Source: Octopus sinensis
Taxonomy: Eukaryota
Assembly: GCF_006345805.1 (NCBI RefSeq)
Contig: NC_042997.1
Location: 11,532,001-11,596,000, forward strand
Reading direction: 5' to 3'
DNA length: 64,000 nt
Positions 25,875 to 39,321 of this stretch are shown piece by piece. The notes under the pieces are model-generated. The model worked only from the letters and a program-made list of their open reading frames with translations. It did not search any database and had not been told where the DNA came from. How positions within the stretch are numbered: position 1 is the first letter of the stretch; each line of letters opens with the position of its first letter. A program made the translations under genes and the position numbers.

Positions 25875-25986
25875 AAAAATATACACATATATATATACAT
25901 ATATATATATAAATATATAAATATATGTGGATATATATATCTATGTACATGTATATCTATATATCTATCTATCTACCCATCCATCC

Positions 25987-26052
<66 letters not shown>

Positions 26053-26160
26053 ACGTACCCGCACACTCTAGCAGACACAAATATATAAACGTAGAGAAAT
26101 ATATATATACACACATACATATACACTTATACCCATATGTATATATGAATGCATAAATTT
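25630..26160. repeat. (CA)/(TA)/(ATCT) microsatellite field
   Basis: Direct reading. Confidence 0.95.
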
Positions 26161-27114
26161 GTATGTTTATCATTGTGGACGTATAATGACGTATGCGGCA
26201 TAATTAGAAACTACAGAATATCACTAAAAAAGCGTTTAGTTAGTATCAATCAATACTTATATTATATTTAATATACCTATATACATAGATTCTAATGGTT
26301 TAATCGAATCCAGCACACAAATCTTCTTTACAGATATATATTTAACTGAAAATTCCATTCTATTTGATGGTTATTTCTATATACTTTTTTCCCCATGTTC
26401 TCCAACCCAGATTCCATATATGAAAACATGAATTCGGTTTTCGTCGGGGGGCGTTTGAGTGGGGAATCGATTTTTTAAATCATACACATACAGACATACA
26501 TACACACATACATACGCACATACATACACACATACACAAACACACACACATATATGCAGATGTATATATATAAAATGTATTCACACACATGCACACATAT
26601 GTATATATTTATTCAAAGAAACGTTTTAATATTGATTTGTGACGTTATTTGTCTATTGTATAAAAATTGAATTATAGGTGAAAAACAAAAACAAAAAAAA
26701 AACACACAAAGGTAAAAATACAATTTCAATAACAACAACAACAGCAACAAAAACAACTATATCAATGATGACAATGATGATGATTAGAAAGAGAACAAGA
26801 GCAAAAAGAAGATGATGAAATTGATATCTAGGAGACAATGCTTCGAAATCTTGAGTATAGAATTAAGGAAAAAATGAAATTTCTTAACGATCTTAACGAA
26901 CGTAAAAAAAGACGAATAGAAATTTGTAAACGGGGATGAGGGGGAAAAATGAATATTGATAATAATACATAGAAACAACAAGAGCAATAATAACATATAT
27001 ACTGTTATGTTTTTTTTTCATAATCAGTATACTCGTTTCTATTGTAGAAAAATATTAATTCGGAAGAGGGAAAAAACTCCACAATGCAAAACAATATATA
27101 CATTAAACAAAACA

Positions 27115-27118
27115 ATTT

Positions 27119-27167
<49 letters not shown>

Positions 27168-27524
27168 ATGTGTGTGTGTGCGTGCGCGTTCGCGTGTATA
27201 TGTGTATATATATATATTTATATATGTATGTATGTGTATATATGTACACACATACACACATGTATGTATGTGTGTAGGTGTATGCGCGCGTGTGTATGTA
27301 AGTATATACGTATGTGTGTGCGTTTTTTAATTTTTTTTTTGTGTGTGTGTGTGTGTGTGTGTGTGCTTTACTCTTTTACATGTTTCAGTCATTGGACTGC
27401 GGCCAGTTATTTGTTATCCGTTTGGAAAAATAATGAATTAGGAAAAAAAAAATGTGTAACTATAAAAAGACACCCCCAAAATCCAGAAAGCGGCGCACAC
27501 ACAGATGCACACACACACACAGAT

Positions 27525-27584
<60 letters not shown>

Positions 27585-27760
27585 ACATACACACACACAC
27601 GCACACACACACACACACACGCACAAACACACACACTTTTCTCTCTTCCTCTCCCATGCAAACACTCGCTCGTACACATACATATATATATATATGTATG
27701 TGTACGAATATGTATGTATGTATGTATGTACATACATACACACACACATATATATATACC
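27115..27760. repeat. (TA)/(GT)/(CA) microsatellite field
   Basis: Direct reading. Confidence 0.95.
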
Positions 27761-28469
27761 CCAAAGTTTCTTTGTTTTATAGTTTTATAAGCAATCAACT
27801 AAACATTAAAAGAAGGAAATTTTATAATATAATTAGAATTTTCAAATTATTTTTTTTCTCAGATGTTTTTTTCCTCTAAGTTGGAGGATATTCACTTTTT
27901 GAAAAAGACGAATCTAATTATGTAAGTTTCTTTACATAGACACGAATGTTTTCGTTTAGACAGTTGTCGCCTCATACTTATATCCTCACAATTTCGCGAA
28001 GCAAAGAAAACATAACTAAATAAGAATATTAGAAGGGAAACAGAATAAATAAAATATATAAGAAAAAAATAATAACGACTGCTTTAACACTCTCTTTTCG
28101 TATCTTCGGTAAGCTGCTGCTAAGTAAAAGTAAGGCAGAGTGGGAATTAGAAAATAGTCGAGCTACCTGTGTGGCAAAAGAGAATCCAGTATAAAATCCA
28201 ATATTTAGCAACCCAACAGGAATTTGAAGCGCAGACACAGACACACACACATACATATACACATACACGAACACGCGAACACATATATAGACAAATACAC
28301 ATATGCACCCAGATGTAGAGAGACACGCAACTCAGATTCCACACATGTTAGTAAATTAACAGTTTTTATTTGAAGTGAAAAACATTGACACCTGGATAGA
28401 GTTGGAAAATGTTGAGGACAATTGAGAAAACGAATATAATACGCTAAAGATTATTTGTATGCGTATATG

Positions 28470-28830
28470 TAAGGACACTAGACGAATGTTGAAAGTATCC
28501 TACGCTCCTCTGCAGGTAGAATGACAAACATCGAAGTTATAGGACGTACAAAGACCTCTAGAATGCTTCTGAATGGCATAAGTGAGATAACAGGTTCAAT
28601 TCATTTGACATTATGTGATAAAAAAAAGCTTGAGCTCTTGGTGACTGTGACTTGATCACGGGAGCCTGACAAGAGGAAGCTAGTAAAGACAGAAAGAAAA
28701 GATGCTTGATGGCTTGACTAGCTGAGCTGACTTTAGAAAGACCTGTTCAATAATGCGGTAAGTTGTGGGCGTGGAAGTTCATGATTGTTGACGCCTGTTA
28801 GCATGACGCGCGAAAGAAAAGAAGAATGAG
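28470..28830 (+). mobile_element. Decayed C-terminal/3' fragment of an RTE-type LINE
   Basis: Frameshifted translation RMLKVS...RMTNIEVIGR...KKLELLVT resembles the RTE ORF end (RRMLRISW..TNEEVL..HIMR.EKLEHLVT). Confidence 0.55.
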
Positions 28831-29701
28831 TGAATTGGACAAGTATTTCGTTGGGTTTTCTCATTTAGAACTCCATCTCAGTAAAGTTTACTTTTCTTTC
28901 CTGCGGGATGGATAAGGTAACGTGAAAAAAAAAAAAAAAAGAAAAAATGAGCTGATGGATAAAAGAACGCAAGATTTCTTCTGGACTATTATATCTGTTA
29001 ATGAAAGCAGTGCCATGAAAAGTGCTTTCATCTGCAAACGCTGAGAACCATTGCAACGCACCATGATACAGTTCATGCATTCAACATAATCTTTCTTCTA
29101 AAAACTTGTAGTTTTTGCCAATGATAAAGAAATAACAAGTATTGAGCTGTGACCGTTTAAATTTCTAACAACCTCACCCCTCCAATTTAGCAACTCTGCG
29201 ATACAAAGTTTGAAATGGTTAGAAAATCTCTCATGAAATAATATTGGTTTTTAACATTAGCACAAGGACATCATGGCCTTGTGCTAATGATGTCTTTTTT
29301 TTTTAAAGATCGTTGACATTGGTATAACGATATCCCTGTCGTTGACGGAGATATAGCAAATGATAGAGTTGTTAGAGTTCCGATTCTCTGTGCTCTGAGT
29401 TCAAATCCCATCGCATTTAATTTTGCCGTTCATATTCCGAGGCGGGGCAGGGGCGGTATATATAAAATACATGTTCTGAGAGATGAATTAGTGGAATTGT
29501 TAGAACTTTGGATTCAAATGCCTTGCGGTATGGTATATGTTTCTAGCTTTGTATATTCTGAGTTTAAAATCCTAAATCCAACTCCGACATCGAAAAATGA
29601 TAACAGTCCACCACCGCCACCACCATCACCAGCATCACCCCGCCCCCGCCACTACTGCCATAACTCCGTTGATGTCTCTTATGTTGTATTTTATATTTTT
29701 A

Positions 29702-30072
29702 CTAGCAGTATCGCCCGGCGTTGCTCGGGTTTGTAAGGGAAATAACTATACAAGCATCTTTAGAGAGTTATAGCCAAAAGATAGCAAAAAAAAATGCATT
29801 TTTTAAAAATCGTTGACTCATCGTAGACATTTTTAGAGAATTACTTTCCTTATATAATAGCGAAAAAATGCATTAAAATGGAAAAAAATTATGGTAAATT
29901 TCTTTTAAAATCGTAGACTCATCGTAGACGCGAGCTAATCCCCAGAAGGGCTCGATATGAATCACGACTATAAGATACCCAGTTTTGGTTAAGCTGCACC
30001 GCAAAATGTGGGAGTAGTTAGGAGTCTAAATCGTAGGAGACAGACACACAACTTGACTTTTATATATAAAGA
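29702..30072 (-). mobile_element. Non-autonomous Helitron-like element (371 bp)
   Basis: On the minus strand: 5' TC, 3' CTAG, inserted between A and T, subterminal hairpin cccg-agcaacgc-cggg. Homologous to 41811-42366. Confidence 0.82.
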
Positions 30073-31213
30073 TATCGTAATCTATAGCTGCGATATGTAA
30101 TTCTTCTGTTAGCATTCGTGCATTCTAAGCACGCATGAAGGTGTCTTTGTTCTTTTTGCTTCCTCATGTTGGTTTTGATTTTGATGACCAGTCGTTCTTG
30201 CAGCACAAATCACTGTTCATATTCTGGGTTTCGATTAGATCTTGATTTAATCCTACTAATCCAACAAGAAAGGAAGTTAAATCATTCGGCTGGAGTCCTT
30301 TGAGGTAGTCAGGCCACAGTGTTTTACGGTAGACCGTTGCATGGTAGCACAGTTCAGTTTTAATCCACAGTATCATAATCAATATAGTCGAAACAGATTT
30401 GTCTCTAAATGTATCACTTATCGGTTACCTATTGGACTCATCACCCGCCTGAGCCCCTATGCATATTCATATTGCATATAGCATGAAAGAATCAGCATAT
30501 TTCTGTTTAGAGTTGCTAATATTTTCGATTTCCAAGACAATAAAGGAAAGTTTAGACAGTTTTCTGTTTGCTGGAATAATACTGAATTTTAAGCATACGA
30601 CACCTGGCTTTTTACCTTTATAGATTTATCATATGGATTAAGAATGTATTCTGACAGTTTTTCTTCTCTGGTAAGCATCAAGAAGATATTAAAATCATAA
30701 TATATCATGTGAATTTAATTAAAAAGTCTCAGTTTACGAAAGAAATAGAAAAACAATATCCTACCATCGTACTTGAACGTACCAAGATAGCGAACATCAT
30801 CATTAAAACATCAGTGTACTGCTGGCGTATCTCAATTGGATTTTACTGTCAACTATTGTTTATGCAGTCAAATGAAATGCAATGGCAGGCGCCTAGAGCC
30901 TGGTAGCAATACGTGTATTTATGTTTAGATATTTGCCTTAATGACAGAAACTTTTATCTGAAATACGGTTTCAAATAAATGGTCGCTACTCGAGGAGCCA
31001 TAAATATGAAGCACTACACTAATGATGCAGAAGAATAGAAAGATTCGTAGCATATTTGCGGCTGTGAGAAATATTAGAAATATTACTATTAATTTTAATG
31101 CTATTATTTTAATGTTGTTGCAAACAATAATGTAGTTATTAATAAGTATTGGAATGGAGGAAATAGCAACCATATTGATGGGAATAATTTTGAAGTTACT
31201 ATTTACGATATGT

Positions 31214-31530
31214 GGAGGTGAAATAGCCCAGTGGTTAGGGCAGCGGAGTCGCAGTCGGAGGATCGCGGTTTCGATTCCCAGACCGGGCGTTGTGTGTGTT
31301 TATTGAGCGAAAACACCTAAAAGCTCCACGAGGCTCCGGCAGGGGGTGGGGGGTGGCGATCCCAGTTGTACTCTTTCGCCACAACTTTCTCTCACTCTCT
31401 CTTCCTGTTTCTTGAGTACCGCTGCGATGGACTGGCGTCCCGTCCAGCTGGGGGGAACACATACGCCACAGAAACCGGGAGACCGGGTCCATGAGCCTGG
31501 TTAGGCTTGAAAAGGGCGACAGACAGAAGC
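31214..31530 (+). mobile_element. SINE family B, head 1 + tail B, 10-bp TSD
   Basis: TSD tttacgatat at 31202-31211 and 31531-31540. Tail gctgcgatggactggcgtcccgtccagctggggg...aaaagggc. Confidence 0.9.
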
Positions 31531-32214
31531 TTTACGATATATTGATCAATCGCAATGTAAATAGCAACTGCACAGGTGGTCTACTTAATTTCCCTGTGAA
31601 CGAGAAGCTAGGACGTTAGCAGTTCGCTTTCAAGCAACATTAACACCTTATTATCTTGGCTAATAATATATTTGCTTCCCAAAGTTTGTCAGATCATTTT
31701 CAAGTAAGTAACGAATGGTTAAAGAGGATACCATGGTAAGCAGTGGTAGTTCTGTACATTTGACAAGTGTTTCCTTAGCCTGCTGTGCTGAGTTCAACTC
31801 TTTCTGTGGAATTAAAAAAGAGCATGTAAATTCCCTCAAGTGAATTTTTGGTTTGAACCGTTGGCCGTTATCAGCAACGTTTGTTCCCTTCTCATCGAGT
31901 AAACTTATAATGAGAAAAATTACAGCCGTGACCTTTCCATCTTTCATCAAGATTATGTTGTTCAGAGTGTTTCTAAGTCAGTAGAATATGATGATTTGGT
32001 TGTGATTTTGCTGCTATTTATTGCAGTGTGACCTGTCACTGAAAACTACCGTCTTGGTTCGATGAATTTCTGTTTTCCTGAATTTACTTATAATACTTCA
32101 CGCTGATACTTTCAACACCGTTAGGATCATTTGATCTTTCATCTTAACCTGGTTTATAAATAAACTATAGAGGGCGTTTCAGTTTACTTCACTTTTGTCT
32201 TTTAATTTGTATTA

Positions 32215-32525
32215 CACGGTACCAAGGTTGGCAATTGTGGAATTGTGCCTAGTTTACCAATTGGTATTAGTGATGTTAGCAATTGTTATTTCATGGCATT
32301 TGTGCCAAGGTTGGCAATTGTTATTAAAGAGCTCTGCCGAGGTGAGTAATTGTTATTGTGGTCCTGTACCAAGATCACTAAATATTCTTACAGTTATTAT
32401 TTTCCTAATTTTATTAATTGTTTTTGATGTGCCGTGCGAAAGTTACCAATTGATATTGTGGTACTGTACTGAGATTACCAATTGTTATTAGTGGCATTGT
32501 GCCAAACCTGGCAATTGTTATTTGT
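32215..32525. repeat. Diverged ~30-35-bp minisatellite built around tgccaaggttggCAATTGttatt
   Basis: About 8-9 recurrences of a (c/t)aattg(t/g)tatt core preceded by tgcc/tacc motifs. Confidence 0.7.
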
Positions 32526-32573
32526 GTTTCAGATGGTAGTGTGCTGGGGATAGCGGTAATAGTGGTTGCAGAA

Positions 32574-32987
32574 GGCGGCTAGCTGGCAGAAACGTCAGCA
32601 CGCCTTGCGAAATGCGTAGCCGTATTTCGTCTGCCGCTACGTTCTGAGTTCAAATTCCGCTGAGGTCGACTTTGCTTTTCATCCTTTCGGGGTCGATTAA
32701 ATAAGTACCAGTTACGCACTGGGGTCGATATAATCAACTTAATCCGTTTGTCTGTCCTTGTTTGTCCTCTCTGTGTTTAACCCCTTGAGGGTAGTAAAGA
32801 AATAGGTATTTCGTCTGCCGCTACGTTCTGATTCCAAATTCCGCATAGGTCGACTTTGCCTTTTATCGTTTCGGGGTCGATTAAATAAGTACCAGTTATG
32901 CACTGGGGTCATGCAATTGACTTAATCCGTTTGTCTGTCCTTGTTTGTTCTCTCTGTGTTTAGCCCCTTGTGGGTAGTAAAGAAATA
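32574..32987 (+). mobile_element. SINE family C with two tandem body + Tx1-like-tail units, 19-bp TSD
   Basis: TSD ggtaatagtggttgcagaa at 32555-32573 and 32988-33006. The second unit is 32805-32987. Confidence 0.92.
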
Positions 32988-33246
32988 GGTAATAGTGGTT
33001 GCAGAATTAGTGGTAGTTGTGATCGTGATAGTATTAGTGGCTTATTGATGATGGTGGATGTGAAGTTGGGGGATTGGAGCTATTAAAAGAGATGGTGGCA
33101 TTTATTGAGGCTGTTGGTGGAGATTGTGGAACTATATTGCTGAATGTCTAAGTATAGGTTTGCATTTTCGGGTCAACTCTGGATAAAAATCAACAACAAC
33201 AAAACACTACAATCGGACATTGAAACCACGATCATCTTAATGCCCT

Positions 33247-33329
<83 letters not shown>

Positions 33330-33722
33330 GGAGCGAGAGAAACATTCGTCAATGTAGGATTAGATATCAAAAACAAAACAAAAGCAAACAGGTTATTTGC
33401 TGGAATTCCTTTAATGATAGATTTGGTCGAGTACAATTGACTTAATCACTTAGTCATTCTACTTTGGTTCTTACACAACTTAGTTTTACTTGTGGTTCCA
33501 ATATACGAACCATTTGCTACTTTTGTAGCTCTACAAATCCTAAATTGTCCCTGTTTTGCCCCTATATTACTCAGGCCGCGTCAACTATGAGTGCTACACA
33601 ATGAAGTTGTACCACTCTGGGTCCAACAACAATGAATTGTAATACCTTAAAGCATGTGATATCGCAGAAACATCGACATGCAGAGGTACAAACTGAATAT
33701 AAGCTGCATCATCAGTGTCTGC

Positions 33723-34020
33723 GGAGGCACAATGGCCCAGTGGTTAGGGCAGCGGAGTCGCGGTCGGAGGATCGCGGTTTTGATTCCCAGACCGGGCGTT
33801 GTGTGTGTTTATTGAGCGAAAGCGCTCCGGCAGGGGGTGGTGGCGACCCCTGTTGTACTCTTTCGCCCCAACTTTCTCTCACTCTTTCTTCCTGTTTCTT
33901 GAGTAACGCTGCGATGGACTGGTGCCCCGTCCAGCTGGGGGAAACACATACACCATAGAAACCGGGAAACCGGGCCCATGAGCCTGGCTAGGCTTGAAAA
34001 GGGCACATAAATAATAAAAA
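33723..34020 (+). mobile_element. SINE family B, head 1 + tail B
   Basis: TSD tcagtgtctgc / tcaatgtctgc. Same tail as 31214-31530. Confidence 0.9.
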
Positions 34021-34663
34021 TCAATGTCTGCACAGAGTTATGGGCAAACCAATTTTACTTCTATTTAACCCATAAAAATATTCGACTGTATTGTTCTTCA
34101 ATTTAATCGAATTCAATCAAATGCCAGTAATATTGCCTCTATGTTTCATCACTCCAAGGCGACAATAACAGTGATCATTGAATCTAGACTGCAGAGTTGC
34201 GTGGATGAGTACGATAAAGCATTAAATACGGTGATCTACATTTAGGTTGCTTCGTTGCCTATTTTTGATTGTTAAATAGTAATCCAATGGATATAGACCC
34301 GAGGATCGAAATGATATACACTGGGATGGAACTTCTGCTCTACGCCGGTTTACTATCAGATGATTAATAACTAAATTTACTTGGTTTTATTTGGTTTGGT
34401 TTACTATTATTTATTAAAATTTATTTGGTTTACTATTATTAATATTATTGTATTGTTTATATGAACAAATTTTCACTTAAAACGTAAGAAACATTTTTAG
34501 AAACCTAAAAGAAATATGTCCTAAAGAACAAGAACCAAAGCCATATCATATTTCCTGAGAGTTCACCTGTAATCTGTTTCATTCAACACAAATGATAAAA
34601 CCATTCTAAACCACCAATTGTTTTTTTTTCTCACTGCATCTCGTCCACTTCAAGGATGCCTTA

Positions 34664-34925
34664 AAAAAAATAAATGCGCCCTTTTAAAGCCTAGCCAGGC
34701 TCAAGGGCCCGGTTTCCCAGTTTCTATGGCGTAAGTGTTCCCCAGCTGGACGGGACGCCAGTCCATCGCAGCTTTACTAATTTTTGTCAGATGAGTGGAC
34801 TGGAGCAACTTGAAATGAAGTGTTTTGCTCAAGAACACAACGCGTCGCCCGGTCCAGGAATCGAAACCACAATCTTACGATCATGGTGCTGACACCCAAA
34901 CCACTAAGCCACGCGCCTCCACCCT
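34664..34925 (-). mobile_element. SINE family B, head 2 + tail B, 11-bp TSD
   Basis: TSD aggatgcctta at 34653-34663 and 34926-34936. Head ggaggcgcgtggcttagtgg..gacgcgttgtgttcttgagc..gctccagtccactca. Confidence 0.9.
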
Positions 34926-36185
34926 AGGATGCCTTAGTAGAATATCAAACCGACTCCAGTATATGTTTCGTAGTTTACTTTAACTACCGCAAAAGTATCA
35001 AACGCAGCGCTAGTCCGGAGAGGATTTGAACTCAGAACGTTAAGAAAGAGCCTAACTAAATACCATAGACATTTTATCCTTATTTCTCCTAACGATTCTG
35101 CTAATCTATTCTCTCAGTTGTTGCCATCTTTTTCAATACAAGTATTCTGACAATTGTTTTTACGTCTCAATTCTACTTCTTCACAAGAAGTAATACTGCC
35201 GAGAGGAAATTGTTATCAGGGGAACGATTATGCAGTAGCTCATTAATCTTTTTCGTAATTCGCATCTTTCTAATACCGCCGTCTCTTTCTTAATAAACCA
35301 AGAGACTTTTCTATCAGCGTTTTAAGGATGTCGCAGCTATATATGTGGCTAGTGTATCGTTACAAAAAAGCTGCAGGAACGACAGTTCAAATCTAGTCTG
35401 TGGTGCTGTTTATGACGAAGAATAAGCACTTAAGATGAGTCTAACTAGTCGTAGTTATATAGCCAAGGTCAGTCGTTATCAAGAATATGGCAGTCTAAAC
35501 GAGCGAGATTTGACATTTATGTATACGCGGTCAACTGATTGTGTTTAGGCTTACTAGTAAATATTTTTGATGTTCTTTACGCCTCTTGTTGGCCTTGATT
35601 GAGCAGACCTATGGTCAAAGATTTTCCATCTATGACCATCTCCGCTTACTCTCATACACACCACTAAAGACCATATTGTCAGGTGGTTTTTTTTCTTAGA
35701 AGGTAGGTTATATTTCGAGGGTGATTTTACTGTTATTTCTAATAGGCTAAACGAGGGTTTCATTAACTAGCGATTCTTTTGTTTGTTTAATAATTTATGA
35801 GTGAGAGTACCCCCATGGGTTTAGAAAATATAACAAGAAAAACTCATTTATTTCCACATCTTGTTGAAGTTTTGTGGGCAGAATATTCATCAGGTGTTTA
35901 AAATTGGGTATCGAAATTAACCTATGTCTCAGTGATGGAAGCTTCCGATCTAGATTGAAACAAATTTTTACTATAGTATTTCTGTTACCCCTTAACTGGT
36001 TTCAGACAGTGGGCTGCGGCCATGCTGGGATGCGTCTCAAGGGATTTTGTCGATCATTTATTTATTTCTTATTTACTTATATTTTTTTTTACTTATAATG
36101 CTGGTATGGTTGCTGCTTCACGATCATGGGACAAATGGCATTGGATTACATGTTACCAATTGCACTAGGAGTGACCAGTGTCCTG

Positions 36186-36216
<31 letters not shown>

Positions 36217-36410
36217 CATACATACATACATACATACATACATACATACATACATACATACATACATACATACATACATACATTGCCTAAATACCAATCT
36301 TGAGAAATTAGGCTTCCCAAAACCAAAAAGCAGAAAGCTAATTTGAAGACTACAGATCCAATTCATTATGGAACTATAAAACTTTCCAGAAGTTTATCAT
36401 TTAAATATAA

Positions 36411-36444
<34 letters not shown>

Positions 36445-36462
36445 CAAACCTACCTAACTACC

Positions 36463-36502
<40 letters not shown>

Positions 36503-36517
36503 GTCTATCTATCTATC

Positions 36518-36650
36518 TACGATCCCTTTTGATCGAAATTCTACTCACCCATTTTTCCTTTTTTTCGTTTTTTTTTCTTCTCCCCCCCCCAAGCTCTACT
36601 TTGTATTTTGTCCCCTCTGCGTTCAGCCCTGTGTGGCCAATAAAGAAACA
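36518..36650 (+). mobile_element. 5'-truncated Tx1 3' end inserted in a (CTGT)/(ATCT) tract
   Basis: tacgatcccttttgatcgaaa...gtcccctctgcgttcagccctgtgtggccaataaagaaaca is homologous to 8812-8939. TATC/CTGT repeats lie on both sides. Confidence 0.85.
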
Positions 36651-36658
36651 TATCTACC

Positions 36659-36703
<45 letters not shown>

Positions 36704-37039
36704 GTCTATCTATCCATACATACATACCTACATAATATACCTACATGCATACATGCATACATACATACATACATACATACATACATACAGGGATATATGC
36801 ATATATACCTACAGGTATGTATTTGTGCATAAACATGCATATATTCAGGTACAACACAATTCCCTACAAACAACGCAGTACTATAGAAATATGAGAATGA
36901 ATGTGGAAATCAAAAATCAAAAACCTACATTGATAGAAGAGGTTCCCAAGTTGGAAAACTGAAGTGGTTGGGTCGCAGTATGGAGCGTGAAAGAAAGTGG
37001 AAACCGGACTTTGGGGGTGTGGTCGAGGATAGTGGTTAG

Positions 37040-38464
37040 TCTGATTTATCACCATCGTCGTCATTGTCAGCCTCATCCTCATCCTCCTCATCATCATCAA
37101 CACAGCATCCCTACCACCACTTAAACAACCATCATCATCACCACCACTACCAACACCGCCCCTATCACTACTTCCGAGACCACCACCACCACCACCACAC
37201 CACCACCACCACCACCATCATCATCATATTCATCATAATATTCATCGTCATCACCACCACCACTATCACCAATACCACCATCACTGTCACCACCACCACC
37301 ACCACCACCATCACCACCACCATCATCACAACATTCTCCTCCTCGTCATCATCATTACCACCAGCAGGAGCAGCAGCAACAACAACAACAATAACAACAA
37401 CAAAACTTTCTTCATCATCGTCGTCCATCACCTTTATTATCATTGTTGTCTTTATTTGTTCCTCCCCCCTTCTCGTCATCATCATCATCATCATCATCAT
37501 CAAGAACAACAACGTTAAACAGACAAACAATGAATATAATTGCATCTCTTTGAGATACAAGCAGACAAGAGACAATAAAACACAAACAACAACAATAACA
37601 ACAACAAAAAACTGAATGAGATAACGACAAAAATATAATAGCAATAATGTCAATGACGATGATGATGATGATAATGATGAGGTGGAGGATGATGATGATG
37701 ATGGTGATGATGATGACGACTACGATGAAGATGATGGTGGTAGGCATGTTGTTGTTGTTGGTGGTGGTGGTAGTGTTAGGGGTGGAGCTTGTGACGTGGT
37801 GGTGGTGGTGGTGATGGTGGCAGCAATGATGATGGTGACGATAATGATGATGACGAAGGTTTTGTTGTTGTTGTTGTTTTTGTTGCTAGTTAGTAGTGAT
37901 GATGATGGTGGTGGTGGTGGTGACCACAACTACGATGATGGTGGTATTGGTGGTCGTCGTCGTCATTAAGGTAGTGGTAGTTGGAACGATGATGATGGTT
38001 GTGGTGAAGACGACGACGATGATGATGATGATGACGATGATAATGACAACGACGGCGACAACGAAATGATGAAGAGGATGATAATGGTGAAAGCAATGAT
38101 ACCAGCAAAAGAATTAACTCTCAACAACAATAACAACAACAACAACAACCACAACAACAACAACAGAACTACAATAATTACAGAACAATAACAAAAAAGG
38201 ACAAAAAGCAAGCAACCAAGGAAAAGAAGAACAAGACTAACACCGGTAACTTATACGATGGCAGACAACAGTAACAATAACACGAGTAGTAAAGGCAGCA
38301 GTAAAGGCAATAGTATAGGCAGCAGCAGCAGACGCAACAATAGAGGCTGCAGCTGCAGTAGCAGTGGCAACGTCAGCAGCAATAGGAACAGCGATGACAG
38401 CAAAAACATAGACACTAAGACCGCCAACAGACAACAAAAACAACAACAACACCATCGTCATCAT

Positions 38465-38505
<41 letters not shown>

Positions 38506-38620
38506 GCGGTTGTAGCAGCAGCAGCAGCAGCGGTTGTAGCAGCAGCAGCTCGAACATTATCAACGGCAGCAGCAATAACAACAACGACAGCAAACAATAA
38601 TAGTTTTCTAATTAACCCAA
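37040..38620. repeat. Mosaic trinucleotide field (CAC/CAT/AAC, then GAT/GGT/GTT, then AAC/CAG)
   Basis: Direct reading. The poly-His/Thr/Asp/Val ORFs are read-through of the repeats. Confidence 0.9.
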
Positions 38621-38879
38621 ATAGCCGTGGGGGGTACTGAATAGAAGCGACTAATGGAATGTAACAATGGCGTTGGAAAATATCTTAGAGTGGTGAATTG
38701 GACGGTACGGTGGTTTGGTCTTAGTAAAACAATCTGGTATAGCAACAAATAAACAAAAATACAACGTACAAAACAATGTAAATGGTGATAATAGTAACAA
38801 CAATAACAAATACAATAATAGTAGTGACAACATTAAGTGCAACGACAAAAGTAAATACAATGACATTAAGGGCAAAAAC

Positions 38880-39034
38880 AACAATAACAACAACAACAAC
38901 AACAACAGTAGCAGCAGCGGCAATAATAATGACAGTTACAACGTTAAAATCAGCAATAAAAAAACAACAAAAACAACAACATAAGCAACAACAATAATAA
39001 TAATAATAATAACATCAGTGACAACATTAAGATC

Positions 39035-39065
<31 letters not shown>

Positions 39066-39121
39066 GCAGCAACAATAATAACAATAATAATAATAATAAC
39101 ATCAGTGACAACATTAAGATC

Positions 39122-39152
<31 letters not shown>

Positions 39153-39287
39153 GCAGCAACAATAATAACAATAATAATAATAATAACATCAGTGACAACA
39201 TTAGGATCAACAACAACAGCACAACAACAACAGCAGCAACAATAATAACAATAATAATAATAATAACATCAGTGACAACATTAGGAT

Positions 39288-39321
<34 letters not shown>

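Noticed and set aside
30164-30382. 72-aa minus-strand ORF in unique sequence as a possible host exon
   Set aside because: No recognisable domain, no convincing splice sites and no partner exons.
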